Shown: positions 1 to 12,040 of the stretch, one piece after another
How the letters are laid out: the number at the start of each line of letters is the position of its first letter
Position numbering within the stretch: position 1 is the first letter of the stretch
DNA from: Octopus sinensis
Lineage: Eukaryota
Length of the DNA stretch: 64,000 nt
Assembly: GCF_006345805.1 (NCBI RefSeq)
Contig: NC_043014.1
Location: 51,212,001 to 51,276,000 of the forward strand
Reading direction: 5' to 3'
Notes under the pieces: generated by a model
The model's database searches: none
Told to the model about the DNA's origin: nothing
Seen by the model: only the letters and a program-made list of their open reading frames with translations
Translations under genes and position numbers: made by a program

Positions 1-240
1 TCGGTTGTCAAGCAATGCTAGGGGGAACAAACACAGACACACAAACACACACACACATATATATATATATACATATATACGACAGGCTTCTTTCAGATTC
101 CGTCTACCAAATCCACTCACAAGGCATTGGTCGGCCCGGGGCTAGAGCAGAAGACACTTGCCCAAGATGCCACGCAGTGGGACTGAACCCGGAACCATGT
201 GGTTGGTTAGCAAGCTACTTACCACACAGCCACTCCTGCA
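1..240 (-). mobile_element. SINE family A (tRNA-derived, CORE-like), truncated by window edge
   Basis: Reverse complement of head GCAGGAGTGGCTGTGTGGTAAGTAGCTTGC...GGTTCAGTCCCACTGCGTGGCATCTTGGGCAAGTGTCTTC, shared with more than 12 copies in the window. Confidence 0.9.
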
Positions 241-1415
241 TATATAAAGCTTATGAAGCTACAGATAATAGCATGCTATTATAATGTTCTGGCTATTACA
301 GTAGTGACAGAATATGAAAAAATATCAAAATTCAGCGACGAGGTTCGCTGGAGATTCGCTTGTCACAAGAATTTCCATTTTCTTCAAGCTCAAAGAAGCG
401 TCAATCTTCGTTTTGTCAATAAACCTAAATACTCGACTGGTGAATGTCTTATCACATTCTCTTCTCTCAGTTCAACATTTCGGATACGCTTAGATGTCAG
501 AGTGTTTGGAATGAAGCAAGACGTGTTGACAAGCGCAGTAGGTCTGTGTCAAAAGAGAGAGAGAGAGGAGGGGAGGAAAGATGGGTGGTGGTGGTGCTGT
601 TAATGTGTTTAACTAAGCTGTGAAAATATAGTTTACCTATATTTTCGTTGAGAATATAGGTAAACTATATTTTGAGTGTTAACATAAACAAATTAAAGTA
701 AATGTAAACATCGACTAAGGACTCTGTATGCTCAAAATTTTAGGATTCTCTTCTCCATACAGCTTTCTAACGAATCAAATTTTCGATTGGAACCAATGTA
801 TTTTTTTTCCTATCAAGAAACTAAAACGAATGGAAGAGGGAAAATATTTAAGCCGTCATTGAAGTTGCTAGAAATAGCAGCTAAATCTGCTTACTATCAG
901 ACAAAATTTCAGTAAACAAAGGACATATTGCATAATTTGAACATAGATATATTTTGTCTCACTGAAAGGTGGGAGGGATGGTTATCAAGGAAATCTCGTT
1001 GGTTAGAATTCTAGCTCAATAAGGCCTGACCTGGGGTTAAACAATAACAGCCCATCGTTTCTTCCAGCTTTGGTTTCCATTAAGTTCTTGCTTCACCAAA
1101 GCCATTACTGATAAGTATTTCAATTTGTATTGCCTTCAAAATTGTTAGCGCGTCGAACAAAATTATATATATATATATATATATATGAGTATTACACACA
1201 CACATGCACAGACATATTACTCACACTAAAAAAAAATTATATATATATATATTTAAATACATGCTCGCAGATATACACCGTTAAATACATCGGCAAATAA
1301 CCATATGACGTTCTACCTTAGACATTTATAGAGCTTCTTACATATTTAAGAAAAAAAAACCCAAAACAGACCAATATACATACATACAAACATATGTACC
1401 CAAATCCACATATAT

Positions 1416-1446
<31 letters not shown>

Positions 1447-1965
1447 GTTTATTGCTTAAAACGCCTATCTCATTCACCCTCTCATCTTCTGCATTATTGC
1501 ACGGATATAAGGACTCCCAAACACACCTAACACGTAATACACCTGTATTTTCTGTGTATCTTCTCCCTATCTGTCTCCTAGCTTCTCTTTATTTCACACA
1601 TATAACACACACACACACTCTCTCTCTCTCTGTTATACACACGTTTGTTTGTGGCTAGACATTCATACGCACAGAGGCTTTCGTACACGTATATACACAG
1701 ACACACACACAGATGTTTAAGCGCCTTCGCATACACGTCGATGCATATATAATCACTCGCCTGCTCCTTTCTCATCTCGCTTCTAAACCTAACACATAAA
1801 TAGAATTAAATCCAATCACACAGATACACACTTAAGACTTGCTTTACACACATACACGCTAACACACACATACTTACATAATATGTGTGTATGTATATAC
1901 TCTACACCCCACAGGCCAAAACAGAAATTGCTTCACATCTCCACACGTAATATCTTTATCTCCGT

Positions 1966-1996
<31 letters not shown>

Positions 1997-2499
1997 ATTC
2001 TTTATATCATCTTCATTTCTCTTCCTGATTCCTCTCATTTCAAACACTTAATCGACGTAGATATAGACACCGACATACGGCCAGACACACGCTTATAATA
2101 CAAACCTTCATACACGTATACACAGACGCATAAAAACAGTAATACAAACACACATATATACATATATACATATATACGCACTCATAAAACCCTCCTTACT
2201 CTCACACACACACACATGAATCCCTGCAGATACACGATTAATCTTTCTCATTTCATCATCGTCTCAGTTTCTTTCCAACGCAGAAAAAAGCAGAACCGAC
2301 GGGGGAAATACTACCTGGACGATTTATCTGCTAAAAATAGTAGCTGCACACCTCTCAGCCCGTTTTCTCCATTTAGAGCCGTTTGAACAATGTGTACCTG
2401 CATTACCTGTACAGAAGAACAGACGAGATGGTCACGGATGACATGCGTTTGATTGCGTTTTTATTTAGTCACTAATTACTTAGGTCTAAATATCACCAT

Positions 2500-2753
2500 A
2501 GAGGAGGCGCGTGGCTTAGTGGTTAGGGTGTTGGAACTCATGATCGTAAGGTTATGGTTTCGATTCCTGGACTGGTCAAGGCGTTATGTTCTTGAGCAAA
2601 ACACTTCATTTCACGTTGCGTCCAGTCCACTCCGCTGGCAAAAATGCATAATCCTGCGACGGACCGGCGTCCCGTCCGGGTGGGGAATTTCTACGCCACT
2701 GAAACCGGGAAACCGGCCCTTATGACCCCGGCATGGCCCCAGAAGGAATATAT
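2500..2753 (+). mobile_element. tRNA-derived SINE, family D, full length
   Basis: A box (TGGCTTAGTGG), B box (GTTTCGATTCC), CORE-like TTGAGCAAAACACTT; flanked by 13-bp TSD TAA(A/G)TATCACCAT at 2487-2499 and 2754-2766. Confidence 0.85.
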
Positions 2754-2920
2754 TAAGTATCACCATCTTCAATGAACAAACGAATAATTAGCGAATGATT
2801 ATGATTACGTTTTCGCTAGTTGCTGCAAGTGCCTCTGCGATTTCGAGCCCCATTGGGGTGAGCGGCACAATGAGATTGTGATAGCTGGCGGTAAAGAGAA
2901 TTGTGCCAGCACCCCGAATA

Positions 2921-3096
2921 CCATATTTTCCTGCATACAAATCCATGTAGGACATAGCGTTAACTTGTTGCGTAAATATCCAAACATCGTCACTGTATTT
3001 TAAACATCTGCATTTCACATGGATGTTTTGGTCTTCCAAATTCGTGTCGACCCATCCTTTCGCTGCAAAATTCGACTTGTACGCCGGAAAATACAG
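2921..3096. mobile_element. Tc1/mariner superfamily (Tc2/pogo-like) MITE, 176 bp
   Basis: TA at both flanks (2919-2920, 3097-3098); 24-bp imperfect TIRs CCATATTTTCCTGCATACAAATCC and revcomp CTGTATTTTCCGGCGTACAAGTCG (18/24); homologous copy at 56766-56974. Confidence 0.75.
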
Positions 3097-3146
3097 TAGT
3101 ACTCCCTAATATGATGTGACTTTCACGGTCTACGGCACGAACTTAC

Positions 3147-3217
3147 AACCTAGTGACCATGAGCTCATGAGCAGAAGTACCATGCACGCTTCACCCTTGT
3201 AGAAATAACATGCAGAT
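3147..3217 (-). CDS. Candidate 71-bp exon (SACYFYKGEACMVLLLMSSWSLG), unidentified
   Basis: Acceptor GGTTTTCAG, donor GTAAGT, one open frame; no recognised homology. Confidence 0.2.
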
Positions 3218-3446
3218 CTGAAAACCCCACGTTTTTACTATATGTATATCGGTACCCATTTTCTCTGGCACTCACATACGCACACACTTATGCACAATTA
3301 CACACACACTCACGGATTATAAAGTTGCATCTATGACAATAATAATTGGTTGGCCCTTAGACATATACTAAGTGCAATATGGAAAAGCTAGGGTTTTCAA
3401 AAAAAGAAAATTTAAACTGCTATCACATTAGATATGCAATCTGTAA

Positions 3447-3810
3447 GTAGATGTGTGGTAAGTTTGTTTCCAAATCCCATGGTTCTGGGTTCAGTTCCAC
3501 CAGCGCGGCGCTTTGGGCAAGTGTCTTCTGCTATAGCCCCGGGCCGACCAAAGCCTTGTGAGTGGATTTGGTAAACGGAAACTGAAAGTAGCTCGCACGC
3601 CGTGTGTGTGTGTGTGTGTCTGCTTGTTTGTCTCTCATTACACCGCTTAGCAACCTGGTTTGTTTACGTCCTCGTAACTTAGTGGTACGGCAAAAGACAC
3701 CGATAGCAAAATACCCTGCTTAAATAAAAAGGCCTGGAGTTGATTCGTTTGACTAAAAAATTCAATTTGGTGTCCTCATCATGGCCGTAATCTAATGACT
3801 AAAACAAGTA
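3447..3810 (+). mobile_element. SINE family A, diverged near-full-length copy
   Basis: Head, TTTGGGCAAGTGTCTTC, (TG)n spacer and 3' half ending TAATGACTAAAACAAG. Confidence 0.85.
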
Positions 3811-4165
3811 ACCAGCCCGCTAGAAATAGCAGCCAAAAGTCGTTCAAAACATGTTTCGTAGGATTTAATACAAGAAACGAATGATACGTGAGATAATGCA
3901 TTCTTCGATATACTTGATAACTGTTGGTAGTAAACCGTGTGGCAGGCGGAACAAGGAATGTTCACGCCTGGAATGTTCAAGATCAATGATGTCAGCGTGA
4001 TCAGGTGGAGTGGGGGATGAGACAAAAACAATTACCAGAACACCAACAACAACAACAACAACGACAGACAAGTCGAAGTCAATAAAAGCAAGTTTAATGC
4101 GAACAAACATGTGTACATCATGAAGGATACTCTGCCACTTTTCCCGGTGTCTCTGCTCCACCCCC

Positions 4166-4200
<35 letters not shown>

Positions 4201-4306
4201 CCTCATTCTCAATCTGCATCACGCTATTTCTCTCTGTCTGACTATTTGTCTGTCTTACACTTGGCACCTATAATGGTTTCCTCTTTCTACCTTTCTCCTT
4301 TCACTG

Positions 4307-4366
<60 letters not shown>

Positions 4367-4519
4367 GTTTGTGTGTCTGTTTGTCTCTATCTGTCTGTCT
4401 GTCCCTATCTCTCTATTTATCTCTATCTCTCTATTTATCTGTCTGTCAGTCTGTCTGTCTGTCTATGTATGTATCTATCTATATATCTATCTATCTATAT
4501 ATCTATCTATCTATCTATC

Positions 4520-4553
<34 letters not shown>

Positions 4554-4554
4554 A

Positions 4555-4932
4555 CCTATCTATCTATCTCTATTTCTCTGTCTGCCTGTCTGTCTGTCTC
4601 TCTCTATCTATCTATCCATCTCTCTATCGCTCTCTTTCTCTCTCTATCTATCTGTCTATACATGTACACGTATATATACATGTTTACATGCATGTGTGTG
4701 TGTTTACTATATATACATTTTCTAACATTATTTCTACTTCACCTACATCTCTTCACCCTCCTGTCTCATTACACGTGTGCGTGTGTGTCTTTATATTTGC
4801 CTGTGAGTCTGTCTGTCTGAGTGTCGGCTGTATTCCGTTCTATTAAACACAGAATAAATATCCAGAAACAACAAACAAACCAAGAAGCCAAGAAACACGC
4901 CTACACACCTATCTATTCTCATACACACACAC

Positions 4933-5031
<99 letters not shown>

Positions 5032-5400
5032 ATCTATCTATCTCTATTTCTCTGTCTGCCTGTCTGTCTGTCTCTCTCTATCTATCTATCCATCTCTCTA
5101 TCGCTCTCTTCTCTCTCTATCTATCTGTCTATACATGTACACGTATATATACATGTTTACATGCATGTGTGTGTGTTTACTATATATACATTTTCTAACA
5201 TTATTTCTACTTCACCTACATCTCTTCACCCTCCTGTCTCATTACACGTGTGCGTGTGTGTCTTTATATTTGCCTGTGAGTCTGTCTGAGTGTCGGCTGT
5301 ATTCCGTTCTATTAAACACAGAATAAATATCCAGAAACAACAAACAAACCAGAAGCCAAGAACACGCCTACACACCTATCTATTCTCATAACACACACAC
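4555..5400. repeat. Tandem duplication, ~474-bp period, bounded by (TA)n
   Basis: 4555-4932 repeated at 5029-5400; the differences seen are only 1-4 nt indels. Confidence 0.9.
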
Positions 5401-6412
5401 ATATTATATATATATATATATATATATATACATACATACATACATACATACATACATACATACGTACGTACTCATATATATGCATACGCATATGCAGCAC
5501 ACACGCAAACACACACACACACACACACACACAAATATATACATGCATATGCACACACGTTCGTAGAATCACACATTAATATACCTGCGAGCAATCACTC
5601 ACATTCCATCAAACACACACACACACACTAACCTAAATACACATAAACACAGTCTCAGAAACTGCACCACAGCGACATACATACATACGCTCATACATGC
5701 GCAAATACACACACACACACACACACAACACACACACAAACCCCCACATGCACTCACAGATGCTCCAAACACGTTAAAGGAAAACAGTTTCGTTGCCAAA
5801 GCATCACTCTTTTCTCTCGTTACACTGAGCCTCGTTATGAGTTCAGCCAAGCAGTCGGCCATTGAACAGAACAAATACACTTTCATCACACCATTCAATT
5901 CTACCCATTTTCTCCCCCCCCTTACCTTTCCCCCAAACACATTCACCAATAATCGATCTGTCCGTCCTCGCATTCCTTTCTATTCCCCTCGTCTTCTTTC
6001 TTTTTTCTCTCTTTTTTTTCTTCTCCATTCCTTCTTTTCAAATTCCTTGATTTTATCACCGTTTTAGCTATGTCTTGTCTCTCTCCGTCTTTCTTATACA
6101 TCTGAAAACGCCATTCGGCTTTTGCTTTGCTTTGCATTCTTTCATATCTTTTGTAATTCTATCTTAGCATCGTTCTTCCTTCACCATTTTTATCATTTTT
6201 TTTCTTCTCTTATTTCGTTCCCGTCTCTTTCTTCATTTCTATACATTCTTCCATATTTTTCTGTCTTGTTTTATACCATTATTTGCCAATTTCTCCATCT
6301 TTAAAAATTTGTTTTCTGTTTCTAAGCATGTAATTGTATAGAAATATACACATGCATACAAACACACACGCATGCGCTCACTCACGTATACATACATACA
6401 TACATACATACA

Positions 6413-6485
<73 letters not shown>

Positions 6486-7628
6486 GTATATATGTATATG
6501 TATATAATTTACAACCAATTCAAAGACAGAATCAGTAGAATGTCGAAATATTAGAATTGCGTCGTACATTTTTACATGCTGATAAAGCATGGCCCTATGG
6601 TTGTGTTTCGCCTCGTAAGAACGCTGTATGAATTCGATCCCACAGTGGAGCATTGGGGGGGGGGGTGAATTATACTTTCTATAGTATGAACAGTCACATT
6701 TATTCTGAATAAAGTTTGGGTAGACGGAAACTGCTTTAAAGCCTGTGTCATGGTTTGCTTCTTTTGTTCAAAGAAATATCCTTGTCTTACGATCTGTGCT
6801 ATTGATTCTATCTCATACACTTCAAAGGTACGAGGAATACACAGCCAGTTTCTATCTATTCGAGTGCAGATAATTCTGGTGTTTGAGCAACTAAACTTAG
6901 TTCTCGTCGTCGAACGACGGAAAACCAACTATTTAAAAAAATGTTTTGAATAATAGCTGAGTTACAATACTACAGACACCAACGTACACCTTTGTTCATA
7001 GGAATGAAATTTCAAAAATTAACAAATTACAATAAAATTGAACAAATAAATGTTTCATTTGCATAAATCCTTCCATAACTACTGTCATTTACACATTCCC
7101 TTCTCCACTACGTCTGGGTTAGTTTCTCTCTCAGTAGCATTACTCATTACTCATTGCCTGCCATCAATCCTAGTATGTGCAAGCGTCCAGTTCCACTTAT
7201 ACTAACTCTATGTCTCCCTTTACTCTATCCCCACCCGCCACTTACACGATGTAAAGCATGACCAACCAACAAACATTAATATCAGCTATTTTTTCATAAA
7301 GCTCTCTGTCCCTACAATCTGCGTAATATCCATATCAAATTTAATCCAGAAACTGTCAGAGTACAGAATGTGTTAAATGTCAATTAAGTGGTGTGACGTC
7401 ATTTTGTTCAGTAGCTTGTAATGTTTGAGCTGACCTGATTACAAAATCTCTCGGACCCTAAATACTTTCAAAATGGTCGCAGCTCTTGTTATTGCTGTTT
7501 GCCGATAGTTAGGCCTGGATTAACTCTGGTAGGGCAGACATATAACCAAAATGTATTCCAACAGTGACTTCATCATTTAAATGAATATTATGTAATAATT
7601 TTTATTTCAGACAGTAAAGGCTATACTC

Positions 7629-7671
<43 letters not shown>

Positions 7672-7715
7672 ATTTACATATTTGCTAATAATGTCATCGA
7701 GGGAAGCATCGTGAG

Positions 7716-7920
7716 AGCAAACACACACGCACACATATATATATATATACATATATACGACAGGCTTCTTTCAGTTTCCGTCTACCAAATCCACTCACAA
7801 GGCATTGGTCGGCCCGGGGCTATAGCAGAAGACACTTGCCCAAGATGCCACGCAGTGGGACTGAATCCGGAACCATGTGGTTGGTTAACAAGCTACTTAC
7901 CACACAGCCACTCCTGCGCC
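7716..7920 (-). mobile_element. SINE family A, 5' half
   Basis: Near-consensus head ending ...GCCACTCCTGCGCC on the + strand. Confidence 0.9.
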
Positions 7921-8681
7921 TGGTCGTTAACTTCCTGTAAATATGAAAGCGTGCGAATTTAATGGACCTTGGTTGCTATTTTTAGCAGACCATATGACCG
8001 AGTAGGGGGGGTTCATCCATTGGTTCTTCCATTCCCCCAGTCTAAATTTGGTTAGTGTCCGTTGAATCGACCATTCCGCTCCATGATCGCTTTTGATCAT
8101 AAGGATATTCGATGAAGTTGGAACCGATCGATCAGTGCTGAGATCGATCAGTCTTGAACGGATGGTTGGTCTAAACAATAACGGCGACAACAAGAATAAC
8201 AAGAGCAATATTAAAAAAAAAAGAAAACGATAAAAACAAAAACATCGTAAACGATGACAACACCAACAACAACAACAGCAGTCATTGACCGTTCAGTCTG
8301 AATATTTAGACTATATTACTCATATCCGGCAGACGTTTGAATGGCGGTTGTTACTCACACTGTTGACTCTGCAAAACCATTAAAATGTCAACCACCGAAT
8401 CTATGGAGACAAACAACTGTGTGGCTTAACACGTTTCTTACTAAAGGACGAGGTTCCTCCTTAAATCCCAGTGTTTACCCAAAGCCGTGTAGAAGCTCTT
8501 AGTAATGCGTGTGTATGTATGTATGTATGTTGTTCAATGCTCGAAATGAGGACTACATAGACAGCCGACAAATGATGAAGGGTCATTTTTTGTGTTACTT
8601 GTCCTGTTTTCCATTTTTTTCTCTCGTTGTTAACTCATTTGTTTTCGTATTTCATGTTTGCTGTTGGTGACATCCTGTATC

Positions 8682-8712
<31 letters not shown>

Positions 8713-9360
8713 ACGTTGTCTGGGAGATTCTTCTTATAGTAGTTCTTTGGCTGCTATTTCTAAAAGTTCGGTATGTGGCAAAGCAAATCTTTTTTGCTGA
8801 ACCCTAATTATAATTATACTCATAATTATAAAAAAAAGTAATGTTTAAGTTTACCGTAAATGGTCCTTTTAACATGATGAACACTACTTGATAGAATTAT
8901 TGATTACTAGTTAATTAATTTTACCCTTTATTATTATTGATATATGTAAACTTAGATATGTTTCGACCAAAGATTGGTCCAGGCCATGTCCAACTTAATA
9001 GTACCACCTGATATGATTATCTAAATCCTGTTTAAGATATATATATCGTATTATCCAGGGATCCAAGTGTAGGGAGTTTGTAAGCTTCGAGGATTTATGC
9101 AACTAGTACAGATGACGAAAGGTGGACAATGTAGGATAAAATGAGTTTATTAATATCGTTGTTCACACACTTCGTCCTATATTGAAATTTTAAAACAAAT
9201 TGATAAGCTGACTGTCACCTTACGATTGTTTGAGTTCTACATTGTTTCAATCCCTTCATTTAGTTGTTAAGATGCGAATAAAAATCCAAAAATGTGAGGA
9301 ATGGAACAAGAAAACAATAACCCATTCCACTCCAGACTCTCTCTCTCTCACACACACACA

Positions 9361-9395
<35 letters not shown>

Positions 9396-10354
9396 TTATT
9401 TGCATTTATACACTGTCGATCGCAAGAACGTGGCATTGATTTCCGCACCGGGGGGTGCCTTATGTTTTTGAGCGAAACACTTCGTCTTAAAATCGTTCTG
9501 CAATCACTTCGGACTCGGACAAAGTGATTGTGCACTCCAGGCACCTGTACAGGTAATATTGATTTAAAGTAGGGAATGAAACAATGTACAAACAAACAAA
9601 TATTTGAGCGCTGTAAACAAACCATTTTTGCTGGCTGTTTACCAAAGAAATGAGCAATACTCGTCTGTCGCATAGAACAGGGGTCCACCGTTGGTATATA
9701 AAAAGACTGAAATATTAAATATAAACATTAAGCTTTGTTGCTCACTAGAGTAACGTTTGTTTAGAAGCAATTTTGACAATCAATTTGAAGGTTAAACAAT
9801 AGAATATTAAACATAACTGTCAGCCTTGTTTTTTGTAGAAATGTTATGCACACATTGAGCTACACAGATACACACGTGCAGTAAATTTTTGCAAATAGTC
9901 CGAGAGAGCAAGCAGTACCGGTGCCTGAATTTCTTTTGAGTGCATAATGTATTGCACCGCACTGAACTCTCGTTTCAGCGCAAACGGCAATAAAACCTGT
10001 GGCATAACAGAGATCAAACCACCAGAGATCAAATGTACTCCAGATTCTTTTTTTTTTCATACGAGTTTACCTTCTCTTATTCTAACGAGAATTAGGGGTC
10101 TATCATTGCCAGCGGTCCACATGATAGTTAACCTGTAGATGGGGGCCTAACAGGTGCCACTACTGCAGACCAGAGCAGGCCTGGAACAAAGTGGTTAAGA
10201 AGGGATTCTATACTCCGCAAAACACTAGACTTCCTGAACCACGACCTAATTGTATAATAGGTATGTGTGGGTCTGTCTGTGTGTTTGTGTGTATAGATAC
10301 TTCCACAGAATAGATATACAGAAAACTTTAAACAGCTAAATTGATCGCTAGCCA

Positions 10355-10510
10355 CTAAACCTTTATTTTCTTACTCTGTTTATTTCTGTGTTCCCTTTCT
10401 GTTGAAGAGCGTAAGCTCGAAACATAAAAGACTTTCTCACTTCCAAAGCGATAAACTAACACATCCGTTGTTTAATCACCCGTTTTCGTCTTTTTCTTTT
10501 TATAAATTCC
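10355..10510 (+). mobile_element. Penelope-like terminal remnant carrying a minimal hammerhead-like motif (CTGTTGA variant)
   Basis: CTTT-CTGTTGA-A-GAGC-GTAA-GCTC-GAAAC-ATA-AAAG at 10395-10430; homologous to copies at 49168-49309 and 49410-49572. Confidence 0.6.
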
Positions 10511-10537
10511 AACTAAATTGAAGGATACTGTGTAAAG

Positions 10538-10615
10538 ACCCTGACGAAACTGGACCGATAGTTTAGCTGGGTTGCAATTGCAACGGTTACTAATCGGGGT
10601 AGTCGAAACATGTGT

Positions 10616-10619
<4 letters not shown>
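10538..10619 (+). ncRNA. Type I hammerhead ribozyme motif, Penelope-type
   Basis: ACC-CUGACGA-[long stem II]-GAAAC-AUGU-GUA-GGU; stem I ACC/GGU; palindromic stem III ACAUGU; A.C instead of G-C at pair 10.1-11.1. Confidence 0.7.
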
Positions 10620-10659
<40 letters not shown>

Positions 10660-11389
10660 CAGACTGCACAGAACACAGTGTTTCAGGGTTTTTGACGATT
10701 AGAGTAACCAGAGAGAGATAGTGGTTGAGTACTCCGCAGACTTGGTATATTGCATGGAGTGGCCTGACCGAAGACTACGGAAAAATAGTCATTTACCAAG
10801 AGAATCTTCGCAATGAAATCGAACCCGCTGTCCTCATGAGTTCAAATCGAACTTCGTTACCATTTCGTTTGACTTGGAATTTCCCTATATTTTTTTCGTT
10901 CCAGTTTTGTTTCTGTAACAAAATGAATTATTTTCTATTTACTTCTTTTATTCCATATTTAAAAAAAAAAAAAATTACTTTTCCTTTTTTTTTTTCGTTT
11001 CCCGAATTATTGCAATCACTTATAATTGATTGATCTAATTATCTTTTGATTTATTTACTATACATGTCTCAGGCATTATCGATTATCTTTTGGTAACGTT
11101 TATATTATTTATGTCGTTGCTGTTATTGTTATTGTAGTTCTGGGTGTGTGCGCGTGCGCTGTTGCTTTCTCTCCATTTTCGTCCTTCTGTTGCTGTATTC
11201 TGTTCAATCTTTCCTTGTCGCTTTTCAGCTGACCCACAAGTGCTCTCTCTCTATCTCTCTCTCTCTCTCTCTCTCTCAATCTCTCTTTCACTCACATTTT
11301 TTGTTCTTTAATATCATCAACTCAGATATTAGATGTGGTTCAGTTAGGGATCTATCTCTCGATCAAGCTGTGTATATGTGTGTATATGT

Positions 11390-11690
11390 GACCACGTGAC
11401 CGACCAGACCATCAGATGTTGTTACACATCGCTGGTCACAATGCGTTCGCATTGTTTTAGCCTTTGAATGACGCCACCCCCGCTGGCTAAGCGAGCAGGC
11501 CAACAGAAGAAAGAGTGAGAGAAAGAGTGGTGAAAGAGTACAGCAGGGATCACCCCCCCCCTGCCGGAGCATCGTGGAGGTTTTAGGTGTTTTCGCTCAA
11601 TAAACACTCACAACGCCCGGTCTGGGAATCGAAACCGCGATCCTACGACCGCGAGTCCGCTGCCCTAACCACTGGGCCATTGCGCCTCCA
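11390..11690 (-). mobile_element. tRNA-derived SINE, family C, full length
   Basis: Minus-strand head GGAGGCGCAATGGCCCAGTGGTTAGGGCAGCGG...GGTTTCGATTCCCA; CORE-like TTGAGCGAAAACACCTAA; perfect 17-bp TSD TATATGTGTGTATATGT at 11373-11389 and 11691-11707. Confidence 0.9.
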
Positions 11691-11809
11691 TATATGTGTG
11701 TATATGTATTTCAGTATATATATGTATTCCAGTATATGTATCCTTGGTGCCAACTGTTCACATGATTGATGAGAGAGCATCAAAAATATAAGCGTTGGTA
11801 GATGGGTCC

Positions 11810-12040
11810 CTGACAATAAATAAAACGTTACACACTCCTGGTATGCAAATGAGTAGCTCCAGTTTTCTGCAGCTACTGGATTTGTTTAGCATATAAACAC
11901 TTTGGCAGCTCGTCTCCCTGGGATTGGTCAGAGACATAGACACCTGATGAGATCCCAATAAGGTTCGAAAACCGAATGACGCTGTTCACCATTTCTTCAC
12001 TTTGCTGAGAGATAGCTAAATTTGCCGTATCTTTGTATCT
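11810..12040 (+). mobile_element. Penelope-like terminal repeat remnant with degenerate hammerhead (family 2, copy 1)
   Basis: CTGATGA-GATCC-CAATAA-GGTTC-GAAA at 11944-11970; flanks align with 24530-24790. Confidence 0.6.

Noticed and set aside
15-284. Recurrent peptide YDRLLSVSVYQIHSQGIGRPGAIAEDTCPRCHAVGLNPEPCGW (also 7636, 14141, 31341, 47815)
   Set aside because: It is the antisense reading of the family A SINE head, not a multigene family.
2503-2575. tRNA-like sequences (also 11615-11690 and the SINE A/B heads)
   Set aside because: A and B boxes are present, but there is no complete cloverleaf with an acceptor stem; they continue into SINE bodies with TSDs.
2788-3039. 83-aa ORF with a protein-like look and a mariner-like MEDQNIH start
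   Set aside because: It overlaps a TA-flanked MITE and includes its TIR; no transposase motifs follow.
7927-8208. Minus-strand ORF containing WMNPPYS (adenine methyltransferase motif IV-like) and IKSDHGAEW (integrase or Asp-box-like)
   Set aside because: No SAM-binding motif or other supporting residues, no good donor site, and the ORF end overlaps the dispersed GCTAGAAATAGC repeat motif. Most likely chance, though an HMM search would settle it.
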